Assembly (NCBI GenBank): GCA_031459535.1
Contig: JAVKIJ010000013.1
Span: forward strand, 1-51,063
Length of the DNA stretch: 51,063 nt
Direction: 5' to 3'
Source of the DNA: Candidatus Fervidifonticultor quintus
GTDB taxonomy: Bacteria; Sysuimicrobiota; Sysuimicrobiia; Sysuimicrobiales; Humicultoraceae
Position numbers and translations under genes: made by a program
The notes under the pieces: model-generated
The model's input: the letters and a program-made list of their open reading frames with translations, nothing else
What the model was told of the DNA's origin: nothing
Databases searched by the model: none
In this document: in pieces, positions 1-8,729 of the stretch
How positions within the stretch are numbered: the first letter of the stretch is position 1
Layout of the letters: the number at the start of each line of letters is the position of its first letter

Positions 1-956
1 TGGGGCGTGAGCCCCAGCGCCCGCAGCGCGGCCACAAACTCTCGCGCATCATAGGCTTTATCGGCCCCTATGGTCCCGCGATCTCGTCGCTTTACTTCGG
101 CCGCCAAGTGCACCGCCGTCTCCCGCTCGGCCGTGCCCGTCGCCGGCGTGACGCGCGCCGCGACCACCAGCCCATGGTGATTCTCCATCACCACATGGCC
201 CTGATAGGCCAGTTTGGCTTCGCGCCCGGGCCCGCGTCGGGCCAGCTTCGCCTCCGGGTCGGTGGTGGACGCATGGGTGGCATTGCTTCGGCGTTCCCCG
301 TGGAAGTTGACCGTCGGGTTGCCCGGGTCATCTGGCGGCGGCCCATCGCGCCGGTCCTTCCGACGGAAGCTCTTCAAGCTCGCCCACGCCTCGATCAGCG
401 TGGCATCGACGGTGAAGTGCTCATCCGACAGCAAATTCTGCGCGCGGGCCTGTGCCAGTACCCGCTCGAAGAACCGCTCGGCGATCTCCCCCTTCAGCAG
501 GCGCTGCCGGTTCTTCGTAAAGGTCGTGGAATCCCACACGGGGTCGTCCATGTTCAGCCCCACGAACCAGCGAAACAGCAAGTTGTAGTCCAACTGCTCC
601 ATCAGCAGGCGCTCGCTGCGCACCGTGTAGAGGACCTGCAGCAGCAAGGCTTTCAGCAACTTCTCGGGCGGCACCGACGGGCGTCCGGTGCGTGCATACA
701 GACGATCGAATTCAGGCGAGAGCTCCGCCAGCACCCGATCGACCATCGCCCGGATAGCGCGCAGCGGGTGGTCCTGCGGCACGCGCTGCTCGGGGGAGAT
801 GTAGCTGAACATGCCGTCCTGGTCGAAGTTATCTCCACGCATCGTCGTCTGCTCCTTCGAAGAGATCGTTGGCGGCTGCGCTTTGACCAGACTATACGCA
901 GAGGCGTGCACTTTGTGAAGCCACAAGATATGGAGCGTTTTTCAGCATCCTGCTAG
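1..956 (-). mobile_element. IS5-family insertion sequence, left end (element continues beyond the window start)
   Basis: Transposase ORF plus terminal sequence tttttcagcatcctg (938-952) abutting CTAG (953-956), typical of IS5 ends and targets. Confidence 0.85.
3..842 (-). CDS. IS5-family DDE transposase (3'-partial)
   Basis: Manual translation MRGDNFDQDGMFSYISPEQRVPQDHPLR...GRPSVPPEKLLKALLLQVLY..RSERLLMEQLDYNLLFRWFVGL...HFTVDATLIEAWAS...GADKAYD; SD GAAGGAG upstream; absent from the ORF track because it runs off the window. Confidence 0.93.
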   Translation of the reverse strand, partial: MRGDNFDQDGMFSYISPEQRVPQDHPLRAIRAMVDRVLAELSPEFDRLYARTGRPSVPPEKLLKALLLQVLYTVRSERLLMEQLDYNLLFRWFVGLNMDDPVWDSTTFTKNRQRLLKGEIAERFFERVLAQARAQNLLSDEHFTVDATLIEAWASLKSFRRKDRRDGPPPDDPGNPTVNFHGERRSNATHASTTDPEAKLARRGPGREAKLAYQGHVVMENHHGLVVAARVTPATGTAERETAVHLAAEVKRRDRGTIGADKAYDAREFVAALRALGLTP

Positions 957-1003
957 ACTGAATTCCACTGGACCAGACTCCATACGCGTCGGCCGGAGGA
1001 CCT

Positions 1004-1726
1004 GTGCGCTACCCGCCCAAGAGCCAGGCGGTGGAGATGCTCGATGCACCGGAGCGGGATCCGGCGGAGTTCGACGGGCTGTTGGCGGCCATCCGCCGGA
1101 CCAACCGGTGGTACGGCGGCTACCGCCTCATCCTGAGCTACCTCGAGCGCTTCGCCCGAGCCATCCCCCATCGACCGTTGACCATCCTCGATGTGGCTAC
1201 GGCCTCGGCCGACGTCCCGGCGGCGATCACGGCGTGGGCGCGGCGCCGTCATCTCGCGGTGCGCATCGTCGCCCTCGACATCAACCCTGACGTCTTGCGA
1301 CGGGCCCGGCGCACAGCCTGGCGCTGCCCCGAGATCACCCTGATCCGTGCCGACGCCCTGGCCCTCCCGTGCCCGGATCGTAGCGTTGACGTGACTATCA
1401 GCGCCCTGGCCCTGCACCACTTTCCATTCCAGCAGGCGGTGGTCGTGCTACGGGAGATCCAGCGAGTGTCCAGGAGCGGATTCGTGGTCAACGACGTGTT
1501 GCGGTCGTGGTCAGCGTACCTCGGCGCCGTGGCCGATACCTGGCTGGCGGGCCGCAACCGCCTGGCGCGGCACGACGGCCCCCTGTCGGTCCGGCGCGCG
1601 TTCACGTGGCCAGAGTTCCACGCGCTGGTGCTCGAAGCCGGGCTCGACGGCGTCGAGATCAGGCGCCACCCGGTGCAGCGGGCCGCGATCGTGCGGTGGC
1701 CGCCGCGTGCTCGAGATGGACGCTGA
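1004..1726 (+). CDS. Class I SAM-dependent methyltransferase
   Basis: ILDVATASADVP (degenerate motif I), ALDIN, ADALALP, VDVTISALALHHF, RHDGPLSVRRAF; GGAGGA SD before GTG. Confidence 0.88.
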   Translation: MRYPPKSQAVEMLDAPERDPAEFDGLLAAIRRTNRWYGGYRLILSYLERFARAIPHRPLTILDVATASADVPAAITAWARRRHLAVRIVALDINPDVLRRARRTAWRCPEITLIRADALALPCPDRSVDVTISALALHHFPFQQAVVVLREIQRVSRSGFVVNDVLRSWSAYLGAVADTWLAGRNRLARHDGPLSVRRAFTWPEFHALVLEAGLDGVEIRRHPVQRAAIVRWPPRARDGR

Positions 1727-2906
1727 TGTGGTGGTCGTCGGAGCCGGCCCCGCCGGCAGTGCCACAGCGCTGCTGTTGGCGCGGCGCGGCCACCGGGTGG
1801 TTGTTGTGGACAAGGCTGCGTTTCCCCGGCCGAAGCCGTGCGGCGGATATCTCAACCCCTCGGCGGTGGCCACGCTCGACCGCTTGGGACTGGGATCCGC
1901 TGTGGCTCCACTGGGGACTACCATTTCCGGGATGTTCCTGTCGGGATACAACGGGGCTCGCGTCTGGGTGCCGTTCTCCTCGGGCAGAGCGATGCTCGTC
2001 CCTCGCGAGGCCCTGGATGCGGTACTGCTCAGACAGGCCGCCGCGGCCGACACGGGCGTCATCGAGGAGTTCCACGTGGACCACGTGATGCCGGGGCCGG
2101 CCCCGATGGTGATCGGGCGGCACCGAGGCCGCAGCGCGCGGCTGTCGGCGCGGCTGGTCGTGGGCGCGGACGGGCTCAGGTCAACGACGGCCCGCGCGTT
2201 GGGGCCGCCAGCCATTCCCACCGGCGGGCACTATACCGTCGGGGCGCATTTCGAGAACCTCCAGGCACCCATCGCCGGCGGCGAGCTCCACCTGGGACCG
2301 GGCTGGTACGTCGGCGCCGCCCTCTACGGTGGCGGCATGGGGAACATCGTCGTCGCGCTGTCCCGGCAGGCGTTTCGCCAGCGCAGAGCCAGCCCGGACG
2401 CGGTCTTTGCCGGCGCTTGTCACGCGCTGCCCGCGCTGCGGTGCATGATGCGGGGGGCGCGGCGCGTGACGCCGTTCGTCTCGGTGGGGCCCCTCGGATA
2501 CGCCCGGCGACCAGCAGCCGGCTGCGGCGTGCTCCTCGTCGGCGACGCGGCCGGGACCGTGGATCCCATGACTGGTGAAGGGATTGCCCTGTCCTTGCGC
2601 GGTGCAGAGCTCGCCGCCGATGCCGTAGACCGCCTGTTGCGAACGGACACAGGTCAGGCGCCGAGCGCGCGCAGTGCGGAGGCGTACGAGAGGGCGCGCA
2701 AGGCCGCCTTTGCCGGCACCTGGCGGCTCGGCCAGGTGCTCCAGTGGATCGTGCGGCAGCCAAACTTGTGGCCGGCGTTGTTTCGGAGGCTGTGTTCGGA
2801 GCCCCGGCTGGCCGCCCAGCTGCTCGGAGCCGTTAGCGGCCTGGTCGCGGCACAGGAAGTCATCTCGCCGGGCTTTGTGATCAGGCTGCTTCGGGCGAGA
2901 GGGTGA
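1716..2906 (+). CDS. FAD-dependent oxidoreductase (geranylgeranyl reductase/aromatic hydroxylase family)
   Basis: VVVVGAGPAG, FPRPKPCG, VGADG, LVGDAAGTVDPMTGEGI motifs. Confidence 0.9.
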   Translation: MDADVVVVGAGPAGSATALLLARRGHRVVVVDKAAFPRPKPCGGYLNPSAVATLDRLGLGSAVAPLGTTISGMFLSGYNGARVWVPFSSGRAMLVPREALDAVLLRQAAAADTGVIEEFHVDHVMPGPAPMVIGRHRGRSARLSARLVVGADGLRSTTARALGPPAIPTGGHYTVGAHFENLQAPIAGGELHLGPGWYVGAALYGGGMGNIVVALSRQAFRQRRASPDAVFAGACHALPALRCMMRGARRVTPFVSVGPLGYARRPAAGCGVLLVGDAAGTVDPMTGEGIALSLRGAELAADAVDRLLRTDTGQAPSARSAEAYERARKAAFAGTWRLGQVLQWIVRQPNLWPALFRRLCSEPRLAAQLLGAVSGLVAAQEVISPGFVIRLLRARG

Positions 2907-3385
2907 CCGCGGTCGTGCGCACCGTTCATCGCGCGACGATCGCCGCTCCTTTGGAGGTGGCCGTTGCCCTCGCGCGAGATGTGAGTGCGTGGCCCGATCT
3001 GCTGTCTGACTACCGCTGGTGCCGGATCCACGAGCAGACACCGAACCGCCTGGTGTTCTCCATGGGCGCATGGATCCGAGGCTGGCCCGCGCGCTGGACC
3101 GCGGTGCAGGAGTTGCACCTCTCACCCCGCTGCATCGTGTTTCGTCACATCGGCGGCCTGACCAGGGGCATGCTGGTCGAGTGGCGATTCGTGCCCAACG
3201 GCGGCGGCGTGGACGTTGAGATCGTTCACGAGCTCGTCCTGCCATGGCCGTGGATCGGCCGGCTGGTGAGCGACCGCATCGTCGGTCCCTGGTTCATCGA
3301 CCACATCGCGCGCCGCACGCTGAAAGCCGTGCAGGCCAGGGCGGAAGCGGCAGGGCGCCGGACGTCCGGAGGGGCAGCGGGATGA
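2903..3385 (+). CDS. SRPBCC/START family protein (polyketide cyclase/dehydrase-like)
   Basis: TIAAPLEVAVALARDVSAWPDLL...FRHIGGLTRGMLVEWRF pattern; GTGA and ATGA overlaps with neighbours. Confidence 0.85.
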   Translation: MTAVVRTVHRATIAAPLEVAVALARDVSAWPDLLSDYRWCRIHEQTPNRLVFSMGAWIRGWPARWTAVQELHLSPRCIVFRHIGGLTRGMLVEWRFVPNGGGVDVEIVHELVLPWPWIGRLVSDRIVGPWFIDHIARRTLKAVQARAEAAGRRTSGGAAG

Positions 3386-4647
3386 GATGGCGTGTCGCAG
3401 TCACCGGAATCGGCGCCATCACACCGATCGGCCATGGCGCCACGGGACTGCTGGAGGGTATCCGACGCGGCCGATCTGGCACGGGGCGCATCGAGCGCTT
3501 CGATGCCGCGGCGTTTGGCAGCCAGGTCGCAGCCGAGGTTGCCGATTTCGACGCGACCCGCCACCTGGACGCCAGGCAGGCGCGGCGCCTGGATCGCTAC
3601 AGTCAATTCGCCGTGGTTAGCGCCCGGCAGGCCGTCATCGACGCCGGGCTGGACTCCGCGGGGATAGATCGGGAACGGACGGGAGTCTTCATCGGCACCG
3701 CCCTCGGCGGTGCGGCGTTCGCCGAAGAACAGTACACCGTCTACCAGAAGGAAGGCATCCGCAGGGTTCGGCCGACGCTGGCCCTGTCGGTCTTCGGCGG
3801 CGCGGCGTCGTGCAATGTCGCCATTGACCTGGGCCTCACCGGGCCCACCAGCGCCAACACCGACTCGTGTGCGTCGGGCGCCATTGCCATCGGCGAAGCG
3901 GCGCGCCTGGTGGCCAGCGGCGAGGCGGACGTCATGCTGGCCGGCGGGGTCGAGTGTCCGCTCACCCCGCTCATCTTTGGCGCGTTCGACCTGATCCACG
4001 CCATGTCCAGGCGGAACGACGACCCCCAGGCGGCGTCTCGGCCGTTCGATCGGGATCGCGACGGGTTCGTGATGGCGGAGGCGGCGGCGCTCCTGGTGCT
4101 CGAACGCACGGAAGCAGCGGCGGCGCGCGGCGCACGCGTATACGGAGAGATCCTCGGGTACGCCTCGACCAACGACGCCTATCACATGACGGTGCCGCTG
4201 CCCTCAGGACAGCAGGCGGCGCGTGCCATGCGCCTGGCGCTGGCCGATGCGGGGTTGGAGCCCGAGCAGATCGATTACATCAACGCCCACGGCTCCTCGA
4301 CCCCGCTCAACGACATCACGGAGACCCGGGCCATCAAGGCCGTCTTCGGCGAGCACGCCTACCGCGTCCCCATCAGCGGCACGAAGTCCATGCACGGTCA
4401 CGCCCTGGGGGCCACCGGCGCCGTGGAGGCCGCCATCTGTATGCTGGCCCTGCGGTACGACTACCTCCCGCCCACGATCAACCTCCACAATCCCGATACA
4501 GAGTGCGACCTGGACTACGTCCCTCACCAGGGCCGGTCTGCGCGGGCACACTACGTGCTCAGCAACTCGTTCGGCTTCGGCGGTATCAACGCTGCGCTGG
4601 TCATGGGCAGGTACGACGGCTCGGCATGGGTGACCGCCTCGTCCTAG
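3382..4647 (+). CDS. fabF: Beta-ketoacyl-ACP synthase II (FabF-like ketosynthase)
   Basis: RVAVTGIG, TDSCASG (Cys), SRPFDRDRDGFV, NAHGSST and MHGHALGA (two His), SNSFGFGG. Confidence 0.9.
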   Translation: MRWRVAVTGIGAITPIGHGATGLLEGIRRGRSGTGRIERFDAAAFGSQVAAEVADFDATRHLDARQARRLDRYSQFAVVSARQAVIDAGLDSAGIDRERTGVFIGTALGGAAFAEEQYTVYQKEGIRRVRPTLALSVFGGAASCNVAIDLGLTGPTSANTDSCASGAIAIGEAARLVASGEADVMLAGGVECPLTPLIFGAFDLIHAMSRRNDDPQAASRPFDRDRDGFVMAEAAALLVLERTEAAAARGARVYGEILGYASTNDAYHMTVPLPSGQQAARAMRLALADAGLEPEQIDYINAHGSSTPLNDITETRAIKAVFGEHAYRVPISGTKSMHGHALGATGAVEAAICMLALRYDYLPPTINLHNPDTECDLDYVPHQGRSARAHYVLSNSFGFGGINAALVMGRYDGSAWVTASS

Positions 4648-5909
4648 AGCCGCGCGATACCGCGCCCGAAGGTGGCCAGCAGCCCCACCACCAGGGCCAC
4701 CACCGCGCCCCCCAGCGTCAGCGCCGCGCCGACGCCGATCCACCCGGCAAGCGCTCCCAGCGGCAGCGTGCCCAGGGCGAACATGCCAAAGGTCACCATG
4801 CTGTACAGCCCCATCATCCGGCCGCGCTGATCGGCCCCGACGCTGGTCTGGAGCAGCGTGTTGGCCGCGGCCTGGGCCACGGCCTGGGACGTCCCGGCCA
4901 GGACCAGCAACGCCGCGGAGAGGGTGAACCAGCGCGAGGCCCCGAACAGTGCCACCAGCGCCCCGGTGGCGAAGGCGGCGCCCAAGAGTAGCTGCCCCTT
5001 GCGTGCGGTGCCCGCAACCGCGCCCACGACAAGAACTGCCAGGATAGTGCCGACCGACGGCGCGGCCTGCAGGACGCCCAGACCCCGAGGGCCCACGTGG
5101 AGGACCTCTCGCGCATAGGCCGGCATCAGACGGATGTATGGCCGTCCAAAGAAGCTGATGACTGCCACGAGGCCCAGCACGACCAGCAGGTGCCTGTTGC
5201 GGGCCAGCAGGCCAAGCCCCTCTCGAATGTCCTCACCGATGGACTCGCGGGACCCTCTGTCGCGTGGGGGCACCTCCATGCGCAGCAGCGCCACCACGGC
5301 CGCGACGTAGGAGAGCGCGTTGACGGAAAAGCAGCCCGCCTCCCCCACCGCGGCGATGACCACTCCGCCCAGCGACGGGCCGAAGATGCCCGATCCATTG
5401 AAGGCCATGGTCAACAGGCTGACAGCTCTCATCAGCTCGCCTTCGGCCACCAGCGTGGGGACCAGCGATTGCCTCGAAGGCACGTCGAAGGACTGGATGA
5501 ACGAGTTGAAGGCCCCGATGAGCAGGACGTGCCACACCTGGATGCGGTCGGCAGCCGCCAGCACCGCCAGCAGGGTCGCCGACGCCATCATCGTCAGGTT
5601 CGTGGCCAACAGGATCCGGCGGCGGTCGAGACGGTCGGCGACCACGCCGCCGATGAACGCGAACAGCAGGCGGGGCAGCGCCTGGCTCACGCCGAGCAGA
5701 CCGAGATAGATCGGGGCGTGGGTGAGTCGGTCAACCAGATACCCCAGGGCGACAAACTGCATCCAGGACCCGGTCTGTGAGACCAGCATCCCGGACCAGA
5801 GCAAGCGATAGTTACGATGACGCAGAAGCGCGAAGGCGCTCCACGCCCCCGCTCCCGGCCGTGGGGCGGAAGCCGCGGCGGTGAGACTGCCTTCGACTCC
5901 CTCAGCCAA
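4644..5909 (-). CDS. MFS transporter
   Basis: About 12 hydrophobic segments, GGVVADRLDRRR motif A, RHRNYRLLWSG N-terminus; start codon uncertain. Confidence 0.9.
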   Translation of the reverse strand: MAEGVEGSLTAAASAPRPGAGAWSAFALLRHRNYRLLWSGMLVSQTGSWMQFVALGYLVDRLTHAPIYLGLLGVSQALPRLLFAFIGGVVADRLDRRRILLATNLTMMASATLLAVLAAADRIQVWHVLLIGAFNSFIQSFDVPSRQSLVPTLVAEGELMRAVSLLTMAFNGSGIFGPSLGGVVIAAVGEAGCFSVNALSYVAAVVALLRMEVPPRDRGSRESIGEDIREGLGLLARNRHLLVVLGLVAVISFFGRPYIRLMPAYAREVLHVGPRGLGVLQAAPSVGTILAVLVVGAVAGTARKGQLLLGAAFATGALVALFGASRWFTLSAALLVLAGTSQAVAQAAANTLLQTSVGADQRGRMMGLYSMVTFGMFALGTLPLGALAGWIGVGAALTLGGAVVALVVGLLATFGRGIARL

Positions 5910-5921
5910 CGCGGCCGGGCG

Positions 5922-6500
5922 TCACCATGGCGAGGAGTAGCGTTGCTCCTTCCACGGGTCGCCGAGCATGTGGTAGCCGTTCCTCTCCCAGAACCCCGGG
6001 CGATCCACGGCCAGGAGCTCGACGCCGCGTACCCACTTCACACTCTTCCAGAAGTAGAGCCGGGGGATGACCAGCCGCAGTGGCCACCCGTGTTCCGGCG
6101 TGAGGTCGGCGCCGTCGGCCCGATGGGCCAGCACCGCATCGTCGGCCAGCAGGTACTCCAGCGGCACATTGGCTTCGTACCCCCCCTCGGCGTGGACCAT
6201 GGCGAACTTCGCGTCGGGCCTCGCCCTGACCAGCTTCAAGACCGTCTTCGTCAGGACGCCCTCAAAGGTCACGCCCACCCGGCTCCACGCCGTCACACAG
6301 TGGACATCACACGTGATGGTCGCCGACGGCAGGGCTCGGAACTCCTGATAGGTCAGGCGCACCGGCTCCTCGACCAAGCCGAACACGCGAAAGTCCCATG
6401 TCGCCGGGTCAAAGCGGGGGACGCCTCCGTAGTGCAGCACGGGCCACTTCTCCGTCAGGTACTGTCCGGGCGGCAGCGGCCTGACCGCTCTACTGGCCAT
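5922..6500 (-). CDS. Sulfite oxidase-like molybdopterin-dependent oxidoreductase (YuiH-like)
   Basis: LPPGQ, DVHCVTAWS, HGWPLRLVIPRLYFWKSVKW, GFWERNGYH. Confidence 0.92.
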   Translation of the reverse strand: MASRAVRPLPPGQYLTEKWPVLHYGGVPRFDPATWDFRVFGLVEEPVRLTYQEFRALPSATITCDVHCVTAWSRVGVTFEGVLTKTVLKLVRARPDAKFAMVHAEGGYEANVPLEYLLADDAVLAHRADGADLTPEHGWPLRLVIPRLYFWKSVKWVRGVELLAVDRPGFWERNGYHMLGDPWKEQRYSSPW

Positions 6501-7128
6501 CGGAGTCCTCCCGCGCGACGATAGCTCCATTATGCGTACGGTCCTCGCAGCCAGTGTCGCCGGGCGCGCGCACGTTGCAGTGGCGCATGGCGGCCTGGAT
6601 GCCCTCGGTGATCCAGAGCACGACACCTCTGGCGGCGCGCTCCACTGCCCCCTCGAGCACCGGGCGCTCATCGGGCGTCGGCCGCTGCAGCACGAATTCA
6701 GCCGGGGCCACGCCCTCGGGAGGCCGGCCAATGCCGATCCGCACCCGCGGGAAGTGGCTGGTCCCCAGGGCCTCGATGATGGACCGCAGCCCGTTGTGCC
6801 CACCGTGGCTGCCCTTCTCCCGCACGCGCACCGATCCCAGCGGCAGATCCAGGTCGTCTACGATCACCAGCAGACGCTCGGGTGGGATCCGGTGCCGCCG
6901 CCTCAGGTCGGCCACGGCGACGCCGCTGGTGTTGACGTAGGTCTGAGGACGGGCGAGCAGGACCCGCTGCCCGCCGACCACGGCCCGGCCGACCTCGGCG
7001 TAGCCTTCGTCAGTGCCGATCGCGATGCCCAGTTGCCGCGCCAACAGATCGAGCACGTCCCAGGCAATATTGTGCCGTGTGCCGCGGTGGCGGCGCCCAG
7101 GATTGCCCAGCCCCACGACAAGCCGCAT
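6490..7128 (-). CDS. pth: Peptidyl-tRNA hydrolase
   Basis: LVVGLGNPG...TRHN, DDLDLPLG, GGHNGLRSI, RVRIGIGRP. Confidence 0.96.
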   Translation of the reverse strand: MRLVVGLGNPGRRHRGTRHNIAWDVLDLLARQLGIAIGTDEGYAEVGRAVVGGQRVLLARPQTYVNTSGVAVADLRRRHRIPPERLLVIVDDLDLPLGSVRVREKGSHGGHNGLRSIIEALGTSHFPRVRIGIGRPPEGVAPAEFVLQRPTPDERPVLEGAVERAARGVVLWITEGIQAAMRHCNVRAPGDTGCEDRTHNGAIVAREDSDGQ

Positions 7129-7209
7129 GATAGCCAGGGACCCGCAGGAGCCTCACGAGGCCGGGAGCCACGGAGTCGGGGGCACCCCCATGCCTCCCGC
7201 GCTGGGCCA

Positions 7210-7914
7210 CTAGGACTTCTGGGACTCGGCCAGCTTCGGCTTGCCGACAGCCGTCGTTCCCCCCACCGGTTCGGGGGCCGCCGCCGGTGCCCCTTCGGCT
7301 GGAGCGCCCTCGACCACAGCCGCCGGCACCGCCTCCTCGTGCACCCTGGGGGCCAGACACGTCACGACCACCTCGTCGGGGCTGCTCAGCAGCTTCACGC
7401 CCTCGGGGACCCTCAGGTCACCGGCGTGCAGCGAGCGGCCGACGAGCAGGTCTGTCACGTCCAGGACGATCTCGTCGGGGACCTGGGTCGGCAGGCACTC
7501 CACCCGGACCTCGCGCATGTGGTGCTCGAGGATGCCGCCCTCACTGACACCCTTCGCGGTGCCTTTCAGCACCACCGGCACGCTCATTTCGATGGTGTCG
7601 GTCAGGGAGATCGCGTGGAAGTCCACATGGAGGAGCCGGCGGTGGAAGATGTCGCGCTGCGTGTCCTTGACGATCACCGTCGTCGGCTCACCGGCGCCAT
7701 CGCCGCCGTTGACCACATCCAGGTCGATGAGCACGTTCCGTCCGGCATGGGTGTGCAATGCTGCGTCCAGGGCCCGAGCCTCGACCGCCACAGCCCTGGG
7801 CTGGCGGCCGCGACCATAGACCACCCCCGGGACGAACCCGTCCCGCCGCAGGCTCCTGGCCGCGCCCTTGCCGAGCCCGTGGCGCACCCGCGCCTCCAAC
7901 GTCACACGCTCCAT
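7210..7914 (-). CDS. rplY: 50S ribosomal protein L25/CTC
   Basis: GKGAARSLRRDGFVPGVVYG, LLHVDF, GVSEGG, CTC C-terminal domain; adjacent to pth. Confidence 0.95.
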   Translation of the reverse strand: MERVTLEARVRHGLGKGAARSLRRDGFVPGVVYGRGRQPRAVAVEARALDAALHTHAGRNVLIDLDVVNGGDGAGEPTTVIVKDTQRDIFHRRLLHVDFHAISLTDTIEMSVPVVLKGTAKGVSEGGILEHHMREVRVECLPTQVPDEIVLDVTDLLVGRSLHAGDLRVPEGVKLLSSPDEVVVTCLAPRVHEEAVPAAVVEGAPAEGAPAAAPEPVGGTTAVGKPKLAESQKS

Positions 7915-7967
7915 GACGGCTCCTCCGACACGCGACAGGCCCCGGTGGCCGGGGCCTGGACACCTGC

Positions 7968-7995
7968 ATTATAGCAAGTTGCTCCCGGGGTGCAA
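7968..7995 (-). promoter_or_regulatory. Sigma70 promoter for rplY (TTGCAC-16 nt-TATAAT with extended TG)
   Basis: Minus strand TTGCAC at 7995-7990 and TGcTATAAT at 7976-7968. Confidence 0.75.
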
Positions 7996-8001
7996 GCCGG
8001 A

Positions 8002-8652
8002 TCAGTCGGGCACCCGTTCTGGACCCCTGTTCTTGTACGCGTTGATGAACCCGACGATCTTTTCCTCCTCGTAGGCATCGAGTTTCATCAACCGCGTCCA
8101 GGCCGCCACCGCAATGGGCACGTCGTTGGCAGGCCGCGGCGTCACGATCACCTTGGAGCGGTAGCGGGAGGCGAGCGCCTCGAGTCTCTCCACGAGAGCG
8201 CCATCGTCCCCATCGCGATACGAGATCCAGATGCCGCCGTGCTCCAGGTTGTGGACGAGCACCTCGTCGGGAATCACGGTGCGATGGGATCCCCACGGTG
8301 CATCCTGCGGCGTGTGCCAACCCGACGTGGGGGGATTAGAGTTGTACGCCGGAGGGGGATCACCGAGCCGGATGTGTGCGGTTCCCTGTTCCGGATAGCG
8401 TTCCACGACGCCCCTTGGGACGGGCGTCGGTCCGGTCGCGGCACGTGGACCGCTCGCGGCGGCATCGACGGACTGACGCTGCCCTGTCGTGGAGCCTTCC
8501 ACTTCCACGAGCCCCGGCCGGCCGCGCGTGGCCAGCAGTGCCGCAATCCCCACCACGATTACGACCGCGAGACCGATGCCGCTGTAGATCATCAGTGTCC
8601 GACGACGGCGCGCGGCCTCACGCCGCTGTCGCTCGTACCGCCTGGTGGCGAT
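8002..8652 (-). CDS. DUF3105 domain membrane-anchored protein (probable ATC start; first ATG at 8592)
   Basis: YNSNPPTSGWH, VHNLEHGGIWISY, IAVAAW; N-terminal TM helix. Confidence 0.85.
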   Translation of the reverse strand: MATRRYERQRREAARRRRTLMIYSGIGLAVVIVVGIAALLATRGRPGLVEVEGSTTGQRQSVDAAASGPRAATGPTPVPRGVVERYPEQGTAHIRLGDPPPAYNSNPPTSGWHTPQDAPWGSHRTVIPDEVLVHNLEHGGIWISYRDGDDGALVERLEALASRYRSKVIVTPRPANDVPIAVAAWTRLMKLDAYEEEKIVGFINAYKNRGPERVPD

Positions 8653-8729
8653 GATTCAACCTCCCGGCACCCGCGTCCTGCGCACGCAGACCCAGGGATG
8701 TCCGACAGGGCTGTGGTATTGTGGTGGCG

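Noticed and set aside
108-956. 282-aa + strand ORF in the track
   Set aside because: Antisense shadow of the IS5 transposase on the minus strand
4644-5909. MFS transporter as exporter of the ketosynthase cluster
   Set aside because: Convergent orientation and co-directional with the rplY-pth-oxidoreductase run; linkage is unsupported
7129-7209. Possible ncRNA or REP element between rplY and pth
   Set aside because: Short GC-rich stems only; no second copy in the window and no known motif
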